Shown in pieces: positions 51,167 to 64,000 of a DNA stretch of 64,000 bases; position 1 is the stretch's first letter; each line of letters begins with the position of its first letter. The notes under the pieces are model-generated. The model saw only the letters and a list, made by a program, of their open reading frames with translations, had not been told where the DNA came from and made no database searches. The stretch is taken from contig NC_043005.1 of the NCBI RefSeq assembly GCF_006345805.1, positions 72,540,001 to 72,604,000 of the forward strand. The letters are read 5' to 3'. Both the position numbers and the translations under genes were made by a program. The DNA comes from Octopus sinensis (lineage: Eukaryota).

Positions 51167-51289
51167 GAAAATGTGATGGCTTCAAGTGTGTTAATAATGG
51201 GTACTGCATTGCACCACAGTTAAAGTGTAATAATCTTCCAAATTGTGGGACAAAAGATAACTCAGATGAAAGTACAGAAGCTGCACAAT
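51167..51289 (+). CDS. Internal exon encoding an LDL-receptor class A domain
   Basis: Acceptor tctttgcAG and donor GTGAGT, 123 nt, phase 1/1. Translates to (G)KCDGFKCVNNGYCIAPQLKCNNLPNCGTKDNSDESTEAAQ(C): LDLa cysteine spacing with the D-x-S-D-E calcium motif. The sixth Cys codon is split by the intron. Confidence 0.92.
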
Positions 51290-52025
51290 GTGAGTATGGC
51301 TAATATTTTTCATTTTCTTTTCTGATGTCTGTTTTATTCCTTTTAGCAACAAGACACATAAATCTAAACGATCAGCTCAAAGCTACCAAAAAGTAGGTTA
51401 TAGTCTAAAATACTTTGTTATTTCTGTACATACTGTGAAAATTACTGTATCTATATTGCTCTTAGTACTGTACCTATTACAAAATGTATTATCCTTTCTA
51501 TTTTCATTTTACTCACATCTTTTGAAGCCACCAAGGCATTTGGTTTTTGTTACCTCTGTCATTTATCTCTGTCATTTTGCTATCTTTGCTTAGACTATGG
51601 AAACTATCATACTCACTGGTGATTTCATATAATCAAATTATCATATCTATACGATGTTGCTGTTCATATTAGAGGAATTGTAATTTTTTGTGTACAATCC
51701 TCTCACTGATAAAACCTTAGAAATCATAATCTGTTAATGTCCTATTTTATATGTATCTGTTTTCATAGAGAATGATGATTATGATGATGATGGTGATGAT
51801 AAAGAGGTGAAGGAGGAGGAAGAGGAAGTGGGTAATAATGTCAGTAACGATGCTAATGATGAGGTTGATGGCAATAATTCATTAAGATTCAAAGGAACTT
51901 GAAATAGATTTCAGCATCTCTATTGTTTGTATATGTGCGTGTGTAAATGTAAATATATATATATATGTGTGTGTGTGTGTATGTGTGTGTGTATATGTAT
52001 GTGTGTATATGTTTGTATGTATTAT

Positions 52026-52103
<78 letters not shown>

Positions 52104-53231
52104 GAGTGTGGTGTGTGTGTATTGTCCCTCATCTATTTTCATTGACTTACTGTATTGTTATGCGAATTTCAAAAGAACCAGAAACTGTTTTGTTTCATGT
52201 GGCTGCAACACAAGATGTTAATTGTAATTACTTGAAAGACTAAAACTACACTATATATACATATATATATATATCTTTATCATCATATATATATCTTTAT
52301 CATCGTATATATATATATATATATTTATATATATAAATTAATATATATATATATATATATATATTGTCACAAGGATTCATAAAAGTGCAAACTTGAGAAT
52401 GATGGCTTTTTTGCTTGTCTCAAAATTAATAATGATATTTAAAATGAAATCACTCAACTTACCATTTGAACACATGATTTAAGAATATATAGTCGTTTCC
52501 ATGTTACTACTGCTCATTATCATCATTTTCTTTTATATATATATATATTTTGTTAAAATATGCTTGTTTTTCTTCTTCTAAATGCCGTAAACCTTTGTAG
52601 AATACTCTGCTGCTCTTGAAATTCTGAGAATAATATCTGTAACATATAATTGTATCTAAAGGAATATGCTATCAACCAAATATGAAGGTTTTATAGCAGA
52701 TTCTTGTTCTGTTATAAGTCTAGTTCTTCATGGTTCTGTTAGCTTCTTTGGCTTCAAATTCATAAATACTCGGAGAAAGAAGAATCCGTTGATTCTGGTC
52801 TAAGTTTTATTACATAATTTTCTTTTTTACAGAATCTTTCATTTGTTCATGCACATTTCAGAATCCCTGCTGTATAAATCTTGGTAATATATTGAAAATA
52901 CTTTTATCTTCCACTATTTCTGGAAAGGTTAAACCTTAGAGCAAAACATTTCTTTTTGTGTTTCATTAGACTTTTTTTTACATAATTTTCATTTCAAATC
53001 CATTTATGCTGTTCCAGCTACGAATTACATGTATGTGTGTGAGAGAGTGTGTGACTGAGTGTATATACATGTGTGTTATTTACACTTGGAGATTTTAGTT
53101 TAACAACATATATTTATTTTAGATTTTACTCTGTCACATTTTTTTTCTAAAGCAAATATAAAACCAAAAAAATGTTCTAGTGCAAAATTGACAACTTCAA
53201 GTTATCAGTATCATTTAAATTACTTTTCAAT

Positions 53232-53241
53232 AGGATATTGA

Positions 53242-53307
<66 letters not shown>

Positions 53308-53632
53308 CATTATTGAGTGAGAGAGCAGTGCATGCCATCAAAGTGACACTGGGGTAAAATATACGAAGCCCAGTATACCCATCATGACTGCCCGTCTGAT
53401 AAGAGTATGCCAGGCACATGCATCAGAACCATATGTGCACGAAATGGTGATCTCATATCAAGATAAACAGCTCATGACCTTGCAGGTGGAGCCCAGTTAG
53501 AATTTTCTTCTGCTCAAAAGGTTCCTGAATAAGGGTTGTTTAAGTATGTTGAACGAAATACCCTTGTTTCCAGAGGTGAATAATTCAAAATCTAAAGAAT
53601 CCTTCTCAACACATGGCTATGATGCTCCCCTA
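53232..53632 (-). mobile_element. Repeat family D, near-complete copy with (AAT)n tail
   Basis: gggagcatcatagccatgtgttgagaagg... through ...gcactgctctctcactcaataatgataataat. The head is homologous to 1183-1352. Confidence 0.7.
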
Positions 53633-53638
53633 TTATCA

Positions 53639-53669
<31 letters not shown>

Positions 53670-53693
53670 ATTATTATTATTATATTATTATTA

Positions 53694-53744
<51 letters not shown>

Positions 53745-55139
53745 TTATTAGTAAATAATATATAAAATATAGAATTGTATATAGCTTCAAACTTTAATAT
53801 AATATGAGTCTAAAATCCTGGAAAGACCAGAAATTACTAAGCATACTCTACTGACCTTGTACACTGTGGGAAACAAAACCCTATCATATACACAACTGTA
53901 TAAACTCCACTTCACCGTAAAGGCAAAGTAATTTTACAATATTCTTTTGTAATTAAATTTGATGCGCTGTCGCCTTTATTCCTGCAGAGTTTTATAAAAA
54001 GAAAAGGAGGATATATTTCAAATATGATTTGTTTTGATCTAATGTATTAATTGGTTTATTTTCCTACTCTGCTTTCTTGGAATTGATTTGTCAAAGCAAT
54101 TTCTGTTAATTCAATCGTCATTAATTACCGAAAATCTACTGAATGGATTGAAGCCAATAGATAATTTAATAAACAGAACACATTCTTTTGAAGAAAACTC
54201 CAACTGTTTCTGTTAAAATGATAGATGTATGTATAACTTTGAACTACTGCTATCTAAAATAAATTTCTACATACTTTCTCTAACAATTTTACATATTTTC
54301 TCACATATTAGATTATAAAATTCTACATTCCTTTATTATATCATTTTCTCTAATTACTGATTCTAATATCTGGTTACACGACCTATACCCATTAGCAATT
54401 GAAAAACACATTCAATGAGTTAGTGTTGATGATGATGTTGATAATGACAGTAATCTGTCTGATGACAAAATAAAAATCAAGAATTCACCCTTCCCTGACA
54501 TTATTTCCAATAAAATACTCTCCCTTGGTGCTACAATTAATTTTAAGAATAATCAAGAATTTGTAGAGTATTTAGTAAAATAATTATGTTACCATTATAT
54601 TAGTGTTTTGGTGGAGGCACATAGCCTAGTGGTTAGAGCAGCGGACTTGCTTAAATGGAAGTCAGGAAACAAGGGACGCCACTTGTATGACTGACATTTG
54701 TTTGCAACCAATATTTGCTGCCAAGACAAGGAGACACAAATGCTCTTGCTTAAAGTGTGTGTGTGTCTGTAAATGTTTTTTTTAAATCATGTACAGTCAA
54801 ATATAAAAATGCTCAAACCTAAATTGAAGGATTACTCAATAATTTAAAGTAAAGAGATATAGCTAATTTTACTTGAAAAATATTAAAAGTGACCTCAAAG
54901 TTTCACCATGGGACATTTTCACTTGAAAAGTTTAAGAACTGAAAAACTTATTTTGTTTATGGTAAGGTACAAGTGTGGTTGTGTGGTTAAGTAGCATGCT
55001 TCCCAGACATGTAGTCTTGGGTTTAGTCCATCTGTGCAACATCTTGAGCAACTGTTGTTGGGTAGGAGCCCCAAGCTGACTAAAACTTTGTGAGTGGATC
55101 TGATGCATGGAAATTAAAAGAACCCTTTACATATCCTCC

Positions 55140-55560
55140 TCCTCCTCATCATCATCGTTTAACATTCGCTTTCTGTGCTGGCATGTGTTGGACAGTTTGA
55201 TTGAGGACTGGTGAGCCAGAGACTGTACCTGGCTCAATCTGATCTGGCAAAATTTCTACAGTTGGATGCACTTCCTAATGCCAACCACTCTGAGAGTGTA
55301 GTGGGTGCTTTTATATGCCACTGGCATGAGGGCCAGTTCTGGCAAAGACCACGCTCAAAAGGTGTTTTTACGTGCTACCTGCATGGGAGCCAGTCCAGTG
55401 GCACTGGCAATAGCTATGCTCAAATGTTGTTTTTCATATGCTACCGGTACATGTGCTGGTAAGACAACGCTGGCAATGATCACGCTTGAATGGTGCTTTT
55501 CACATGTCGCTGGCATGGGAGCCAATCCGTGGCCCTGGCAACAATCATGCTTGGATATGC
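55140..55560 (-). mobile_element. SINE family A
   Basis: catcatcgtttaacattcgc...ttggatgcacttcctaatgccaaccactctgagagtgtagtgggtgc plus four decayed internal units. Confidence 0.8.
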
Positions 55561-56156
55561 TTTTAATATTCCTCTGGCAGACACATACATATACACGTGT
55601 GTGTGTGTGTGTGTATCATGAACTCTCCTATCATTAGACGATGTGTGAGGTTCCTGCTATTTCTTGCTGAACAACGACACAGATAACATGTTTCTAGCTG
55701 TCAAGTGTTTGCATTCACATAACCTTACTCCCTACATCAAACTGACATTATCTGTACAGGTGCATGGCCCATGCAAGCATGAAAAAGTGAACTTTAAATA
55801 ACAATGATGGCATACACTTGTAAATTAATGGAAAACATGATAGTGACTTATAATTGCTGACCATTATGTAAAGATAATGGAAGCCAGAAATGAACACACT
55901 TCAGCAACAGTATTTCAGAAATTATCCTCAAATTCTGCCTTCTTAGTTGCAAGTATGGCTGTGTGGTATGAAGCTTACTTCCCAACCACCTGGCTCTGGA
56001 TTCAGTTCCACTGCCTGGTTCTTTGGACAAGTGTCTTCTTCTATAGCCCAAGGCTGGCCAAAATCTTGTGAGAGGATTCCATAGACAGAAACTGAAAGCA
56101 GACTATTAGACTATTGTGTGTGTATGTATATATATATATATATATACATACATACA

Positions 56157-56218
<62 letters not shown>

Positions 56219-57293
56219 TACATATGTATAAATATATATATATATATATATATATACATACATACATATGTATATATATATATATATAATATATATATAC
56301 ACACACATACATATGTATAAATATATATATATATGTATTATATATGTATGTATGAATGTATGTATGTATGTATGTATGTATATTTATATAAATGTGTTTG
56401 TGTTTGTCCCCTATTGCACCACTTAAGAACTGGTGTTGATGTGTCTACTTCCCTGTAACTTAGCAGTTCATCAAAAGAACCAATAGAGTAAGTAGCAGGT
56501 TCAAATTAAAAAAACATACTGGGGGTTAATTCATTTGAGTAAAAATCCTTCAAGGTGGTGCCCTAGCATGGCCGCAGCCTAATGACTGAAACAAGTAAAA
56601 GAGAGACAATAAAAGATACACATAAAAGTAACTCAGCCTGAAATAGTAGCAAAATCTCCCTCAAAGCATTCTTAATCTTCAAAAAGGACACATTGGATAA
56701 CATAGCTAGACATAGCATGAGATAGGTAGACTATATCTGAAAAATTGATGGAATGGTCATGGTTGCAATGTCTTTGATTATAGATCTGTTCAGTGAGAGT
56801 TGACTTGACGTTAAACTACAACATCAAGCTCTGAAACATTATTATTATGTATTGACATGATTATACCGATGGTTTGTTGGAATACCAAATCATTATTGCA
56901 AGTCAAAGCTTACTTTATTCCAATATGGCTTAATAGTCATTAAGGAATATTCAAATTTCCTGCTGTTAAGACCATTAAGAATGAAAAGCAGATTAAATCC
57001 TAAATGAGAATTGACTGATTAGAATATGAACAAGTGGAACTGGAAAATATAATAAACAATCTTTCGTCATTGTCTTGCAACTTCACATTGAGTGGTTCAC
57101 CAAGAAGAGCTATTGTCATAATCCCAGTGATCACACTAACTCTCCTCTGTCTTCCATATTTAATTAAGCTTAATTAATTAAATTTTCAGGGTTGTCTCCC
57201 TTGTTTTTATTTTTCATTAGGTGTGGCAGTGTGGTCCAGAAGTTTGCTTCCAAGCCACATGGTTTTGGTTTCAGTCACACTACATATATATAT

Positions 57294-57520
57294 CATCATC
57301 ATCATCATCATCGTTTAACGTCCGTTTTCCATGCTAGCATGGGTTGGACGGTTCAACCGGGGTCTGGGAAGCCAGGAGGCTGCACCAGGCTCCAGTCTGA
57401 TCTGTCAGTGTTTCTACAGCTGGATGCCCTTCCTAACGCCAACCACTCCATGAGTGTAGTGGGTGCTCTTTAAGTGCTACCGGCACATGTGCCAGGGAAG
57501 GCTGGCAATGGCCACGATAT
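57294..57520 (-). mobile_element. SINE family A, young 3' part
   Basis: catcatcgtttaacgtccgttttccatgctagcatgggttggacgg... A second minus copy lies at about 57683-57930. Confidence 0.88.
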
Positions 57521-58249
57521 ATATAGGTATAAGAGTGGTAAGAAGTTTATTTCCCAACTAAACACTTCTGGTTCAGTTCTATTGTGTAACATTTCTTCTA
57601 ATATAGCCCCAAGCCAACCCATGCCTTATGAATGAATTTCGTCAATGGAAACTGAAAGAAGCCTGATGTTCATATATATATATATCATCATCATCATCAT
57701 CAAACGTCTGATTTCCATGTGGGCATGGATTGGACAGTTTGACTGAGGACTGACAAGCCAGGAGGTTGCACCAGGCTCCAGTTTGATCTGGGAAGTATTC
57801 TACAGCTGGATGCCTTTCCTAGCACCAACTATGCTGAGAGTGTAGTGGGTGCTTTTTACGTGCCACCAGCATGGGAGCCAGTCAGGTAGCACTGGCATCG
57901 ACCATGTTCAAATGGTGCTTTTCATATGCCATATGTGTGTGTGTGTGTCTTTGTGTCTGTGTTTGTTCCTGCCAGCACTTGACAACTAGTGCTGGTGTGC
58001 TTACACCCTCATAACTTAGCAGTTCAGCAAAAGAGACTGATAACATAAGTACCAGGTTTAAAAAAAAAAAAGTACTGGGGGTCCATTTCTTTGGCTAAGA
58101 TTCTTCAAGACAGTGCCCCAGCATGGTCACAGTTTAATGACTAAAACAAGTAAAAGATATATATTTATTTCTGAATTTGATTAAGGTTCCAAGAACTGAA
58201 AGAAAAACAAATGTTCAGCTTTGATAGTATTAAAAGCAACTGTAAATAT

Positions 58250-58421
58250 AGGTGCAGAAGTGGCTGTGCGGCAAGAAGCTTGCTTCCCAACCATATGGTT
58301 TCAGGTTCAGCCCCACTGCATGGCACCTTGGGCAAGTGCCTTCTGTTATAGCATCAGGCCAACCAAAGCCTTGTGTGTGGATTTGGTAGGTGGAAACTGA
58401 AAGAAGCCCATCGTATATATG

Positions 58422-58454
<33 letters not shown>

Positions 58455-58655
58455 GTTTGTGTGTCTGTGTTTACCCTCCCACCACCGTCACTTGATAACC
58501 AAATGCTGGTGTGTTTAAATTACTATAACTTAGTGGTTTGGCAAAAGAGACCGATAGAATAAGCACTAGTCTTACAAAGAATGAGTCCTGGGGTCGATTT
58601 GTTTGACTAAAGGTAGTACGGCAGCATGGCCGCAGTCAAATGACTGAAACTAGTA
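58250..58655 (+). mobile_element. SINE family C, full length
   Basis: ggtgcagaagtggctgtgcggcaagaagc...gcagtcaaatgactgaaactagtagaagaataaaagaata. Confidence 0.88.
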
Positions 58656-59149
58656 GAAGAATAAAAGAATAACCACTGAAAATATGCCTTCTTGGTTTTG
58701 TTGTCTTGTTGTCTTCTACCAGCTTTGGTCAAGTACATCTTCTATTAAATGTATCGTTTGCTAAGAGAGTAGACAGCAATTTGTGTGAGAGACTTGGTGG
58801 TTATTCTTAGCAGGTTGAGTGATATACAGAGGCTCCGTAATGCTTACAGAGATTATAAATTGAAATTATTTGCCATGTTGCCTCCTCTAGGCTTCTATGA
58901 AGAGTTTTGATGCTGTTCAATTATGTAAGAGAATACTAGTTTTAGAGTAGTGAAACTGAAGTGCTCTGTGGTGTTTATTTACAGCTAGGAGAATAAGTAA
59001 TTGAATATCTTTGTCAGAAACACTGCAGGTTGCTGCTAACTGAGTAATAATTAATTCTTTAACCAATCAACTCATCTGCTCTTTATATCTATTGTGTGAG
59101 CATATGTAATATAATATAATTCAATATAATATTATATAATATATACATA

Positions 59150-59820
59150 CATACAGATAGATAGATAGAGAGATAGAGAGATAAACAGATAGATAGATAG
59201 ATAGACAGACAGATATATATATAGAGAGGTAGGTAAATAGATAGATAGAGAGAGAGATAGATAGACAGATAGATATATAGATAGGTCGACAGACAGATAT
59301 ATAGATAGGTAGAGCATCCAGCTGTAGAAACTCTGCCAGATCAAGATTGGAGCCTGGTGCAGCCATCTGGTTCGCCAGCCCTCAGTTAAATCATCCAACC
59401 CATGCTAGCATGGAAAGCGGACGTTAAACGATGATGATGATGATGATGATGTAGATAGATAGATACATAGATAGGTAGATTGATAGATAGACAGACAGAT
59501 AGATAGATAAATAGATAGATAGGTAGACAGATAGATATATAGATAGACAGACAGATAGATAGACAGACAGATAGATATATAGATAGGTAGATAGATAGAT
59601 AAATAGATAGATAGATAGACAGACAGATAGATAGATATATAGATAGGTAGACAGATAGATATATAGATAGGTAAATAGATAGATATATAGATAGGTAGAC
59701 AGACAGACAGACAGAGAGATTGACAGACAGACAGCTAGATTGACAGACAGATAGATAGATATATAGATAGATAGGTAGACAGATAGATATATAGATAGAT
59801 AGACAGACAGATAGACAGAA
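59150..59820. repeat. (GATA/GACA)n array interrupted by a 5'-truncated family A SINE (about 59313-59450, +)
   Basis: Read directly. Confidence 0.92.
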
Positions 59821-60911
59821 TTTAATAACCACTGGATTTAGATGTGAGCTATATATATATATTGACATCAAAAAAGGGGGGTCGAATTAATTAACCATCA
59901 ATAAATTCGACCAACTTTTATTTGCAGTTATTTTTCTGAGTTATTTTTCTGAGTATGCATTCTCTATATATATTGACAGATAGATTTGTATGCTAGTACA
60001 AAAATATCAGGTTATTGCTTTGTTGTGTTCCATATAGTATTATCAATTCATAACTGTCTGGTGAAAATAAAAATCACCCTTTGCCAACATTCTATTTGTG
60101 TTTTAAATAATTAAAATTTAGTTTTCTAAAATTCTTTCATATTTTTATCTGATATAAATAAATCTGAATAAATTATATTTTACACTACTTTTTATATCAT
60201 TCAATAAATTCTTCTTTAATAAATTTCAATGCTATTTTTAATAACAACAATTACAAAATCTTTAGGGCAGCTATGTGTACATTAACTGCTCACAATCCAT
60301 GTCTTCTGGCGAATATTTTTTATCTAATTATCTAACAGAGTAATAAATGGTAATTTCGTTATCTGGAAGACCAAATGAAGAGGATAACAAACGCATTATT
60401 TGAAGAATAGTGCGTTTGTCATTTTATCAGTTATTATTTATTTAGTTATTTATTTATTTATTTATTCATTCATTTATTTTATTTTATTCATTTATTTATT
60501 TATTTATTTATTTATTTATTCTAGTTGGCTCAAAAATAATTCTTTTGTAGATGTGAAGTTGATTGAATAAAATTTAGTTTACTACAGGTATATATTTCAT
60601 TGATTTGAGATCAATGAAATGCAAAGGTGACCCCTATCAGGAATTTAATTAAAAACAACAAAATGTTTGTTATACTAAAGCAACTAGCTCAGAGTAATAT
60701 TGCTCTTTTAACTATCTCTGCTAAAATAATTCTAATTCCAAAAGTAATTTTTAATTCTTACTGACAACATATGTGAGAAGTTACTGAAACGAGCAGAGTA
60801 ATGTCTGTCCAAGCAGCCTCAGAACCAATAAGAGTGCTGGTACATAGTTGCTTGACCAGTTATAAATAAATGGGTGTCAAATGTTGTGAAAATCATATTT
60901 TACCATTTCAA

Positions 60912-61139
60912 TTGACCTTTTAGCATTCAGATTACTCTGTCAAATGTAATATTTATCTATTAAAATTGTTTTGAATTAATCATGCATTATCTAGTAGCTT
61001 TAAGATTTTGATGATGTCATAATCTATTTTTAGAATGACATTATAGGGTAGGTATGAAAGGCTAGATATGGCCAGTGCATAAGTGAAACAGGTAGAAAAT
61101 TTAGGCCAGATATGGTCAGTTTAAATGTTAAATGGTTAA
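60912..61139. mobile_element. piggyBac-type MITE, decayed
   Basis: TTGA-CCTTTTAGCATT ... AATGTTAAATGG-TTAA, an imperfect version of TTAA-CCC..GGG-TTAA ends. Confidence 0.55.
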
Positions 61140-62091
61140 AGCAAGAACACATTGGACAACTTGGTCATGGGAATAGTATGTACAAGGAAAAGACAGGATG
61201 GTCACTAACTTCATTTATAAGTAGGCTTCATCAGGACTTTCCTGGTGCTAAACAGCATTCCTAACATGTTACAAACATGGTGGTTCCAGGGAAATCACCA
61301 TGTTAGGTTTTATGTTAGTATTCAATGCTAAAATCTTTTGGTATGATTTTACTCCTGAGAGAGAAGTGAAAATTCATAAACTGAAACCTCATATGTGAAT
61401 GTGTGTGTGTGTGCATGCATGTGTGTGTGTGTGGTGTGTGTGTGAACTTGTGAATGTGAGTGTGCATATGTGCATGTGTGTGTGAGTGTATAGAGAGAGA
61501 GAGAAAGAGAGAGGTATATCAAATATTGTACAACATAAATTCTTGATTTATTAAAATAACCTCTGCCTCCTGATAATGCATCAGAATTACCAAATGGTAA
61601 GACCAGCTCTGTAAGAGAAGTGGAGAAAACCTCAAGAATTATGAATTCTCTAATGATGACATGCCATTAAAGAAATGGACGGGCTTATTACCTGGAGATA
61701 AGAGGACAGTCATGGATACCTGTTTCCACCTCAGTAGTTATCATCAGTATAATAATTATCTGACCTTATCACAAGTAACCAAAGGACTTAAAGATACAAA
61801 AAGAGTAGAACACACAACTGAAATAAGGTTGACTTTACCTTTCATCCTTTCAGGGTCGATAAAATAATTACCAATTGAGCACTGGGGTCTATGTAATCAG
61901 TAAGTCCCCTCTGACCAAAATTTCCAGCATTGTGCCTACAGTAAAAAGGATTATTTAAAACTGAGCCAAGAAAAGTAGCTCAGTGTGGCCAGTGGCTTGT
62001 ATTTGAGCAACAGAGTTAAATTACAAATATATCAAATATGAATGAATACAACATAAATACCTGGTCTTTTACTGATATATACTAGTAAAGG

Positions 62092-62331
62092 ATATATATA
62101 TTTCTTTACTACCTACAAGGGGCTAAACACAGAGGGGACAAACAAGGACAGACAAACGAATTAAGTCGATTACATCGACCCCAGTGCATAACTGGTACTT
62201 AATTTATCGACTCTGAAAGTATGAAAGGCAAAGTCAACCTCGGCGGAATTTGAACTCAGAATGTAACGGCAGACGAAATATGGCTACGCATTTCGCCCGG
62301 CGTGCTAACGGTTCTGCCAGCTCGCCGCCTT
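62092..62331 (-). mobile_element. SINE family B monomer with a 76-bp flanking direct repeat
   Basis: 62016-62091 equals 62332-62407 except for one base. Confidence 0.92.
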
Positions 62332-64000
62332 TTAAATTACAAATATATCAAATATGAATGAATACAACATAAATACCTGGTCTTTTACTAATATATACTA
62401 GTAAAGGTTGTATACATGGGTGAGAAACCTGGAAATTGATGAAACACCATCAGAAATGCATTGAACCAGAGACTGGCTAATTGGACACATGTAAACTACG
62501 ATGTTATGGTTTATAAATTGTGTTAAAAGAATAAGTACAGAAGTTTGTCTATATTACAGTATCAGTCAACATCATTTATACTAATTAAAAAAAAACTAAT
62601 GACAGCCCTAAATTTAAAAAGAAAGAAAATTCATGTTTGACTTCCTTGTTGATGGGATTTCTAAAGGCGTATTTAAGTGTAATCTAGAAATTTCTTCAGA
62701 TCTTGTTTCTTCAACTGGACACTATCAAATATTACCATAAAATGAAAGGATATGGAATTTTGCTAATCAACATTTCTGACTTCTTAACAAGCGAAACGCT
62801 GCCAGTTTTATATCTGAACATCAAATAAAATGTCTTTAGAATAATAATTCAGTATAAAAATCAGCTTTAGTCATCTTTTGCAGACTGTCATTGATCTACT
62901 ATGTATTCAGGAAACATCTATAGCTCATTGAGATTGATATCATAAGAAATGTGTCTGCTTTGATTATGTCTGTCAAAGATGAAACTGTAAATGGTTCGAA
63001 GAAATCGGGGATGTAATTTTGGCAAGAAACACCGTGGTATTAATATTAAAGAACATAAGAATGATGAACAGCTTGCTAAATATTGATAAAACTGATATGA
63101 GAAACACTATTCAGTAGAACGACAATCATATAGTGAAAAACATGGATTTAGTATTAGTTTTGCTTTTAGAAATAGTTAATGATAAATTCTTTTACAATTC
63201 CATAACAATGCTTATAATTATATTTTGGAGGGTCAATGGATGAAAGAGAGAAGTCTCCCATTGGGTAGAATGCTGTTCTATCCTAGGTAATTTTTCTAAA
63301 ACAAGGTATTGCATTTCTCCCTGTTACAAGACAGAGCAACATAAATGCAAGTGCTCATCTTAGAGGCACTGAAAATGGTAGCCACCAGCACTCAACATAG
63401 CTGCTTTCAGAAGTAGCTTCTTCAAATTTCCAATAACACAGGAACAAAAATGATTATGTCATACAAAGCAATGAGATTGTCTTAATTTCTTCCCCGAACA
63501 TTGCTGGAAACATCAGCAACTCTCTCTCAAATCCCTCTATACTGTATCAAAAAAGAAGGGGGATATTGAGAATTTTTATCACAGATGTTCCCCATCAAAA
63601 GCAATGCCATCTGAGTTGGAATGCCTTTGATTATAGGCCTAACCCATCTTGAGTGATCTTGGAATATAGAACAAGGTTTACCATATAAAATGTCAAATGA
63701 ACTAAATAGTTCATCATTTCTTTGTATTTTTAAAGATCAGTATGAAGTAATTATATTGATAATTAGCAAGCTTGTCATTCAACTATAGTTAAACTTGGTA
63801 TGATATACCATTGCCTGTATCTACTCTTACAGGGCAAGTGCAAATGGGTCAAGAATTGGAAGTGTATTGTGACCAGGGATGGACAATAGCATCTGGTCAA
63901 TATTGTGATGTGTATATGTATTTATGTGTGTATATATATGGGTATGTGTTAAATAAAATGAGACAACAAAACGAAGGCTGTGTGGAATTATGGGACATTT

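Noticed and set aside
51769-51904. Acidic exon candidate (ENDDYDDDGDDKEVKEEEEE...) after a catAG acceptor
   Set aside because: A degenerate GAT/GAG repeat. Splicing from the LDLa exon would create an immediate TAG.
63832-63930. Candidate next exon (ttacAG|GGCAAGTG..., WQVQMGQELEVYCDQGW...)
   Set aside because: It would give TGG instead of the required sixth LDLa Cys, has no clear donor and runs into a microsatellite.

Overview
AT-rich, microsatellite-dense animal genomic DNA. The SINE and repeat content looks like a coleoid cephalopod, most likely Octopus (my recognition, not a database result). The only host coding sequence I can support is two short + strand exons of a CUB + LDL-receptor class A (LDLa) domain gene of the NETO/LEV-10-like architecture: 7788-7858 (CUB C-terminus) and 51167-51289 (LDLa). 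Their phases match, so they could be joined directly across a ~43.3 kb intron. The rest is intron, filled with tRNA-derived or LINE-tailed SINEs (my working labels: A, B, B', C, D), decayed LINEs (R4/Dong-type RLE, L1/Tx1, CR1/L2-like, Penelope-like), DNA transposon remnants and MITEs (mariner, MULE, hAT-like, piggyBac-like, Helitron/HINE-like) and long simple repeats. Nearly all ORFs in the supplied track are microsatellite or SINE artefacts. The most interesting observations are: about nine hammerhead-ribozyme-like core motifs in TA-flanked and fold-back modules; a 76-bp target-site duplication; a LINE/SINE shared 3' hairpin with covarying stems; a near-identical 1.3-kb tandem duplication; and inverted SINEs bracketing the symmetric LDLa exon. 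Exon, TSD and hairpin coordinates were counted by hand. Repeat boundaries are approximate (about +/-20 bp). No searches or folding programs were run.
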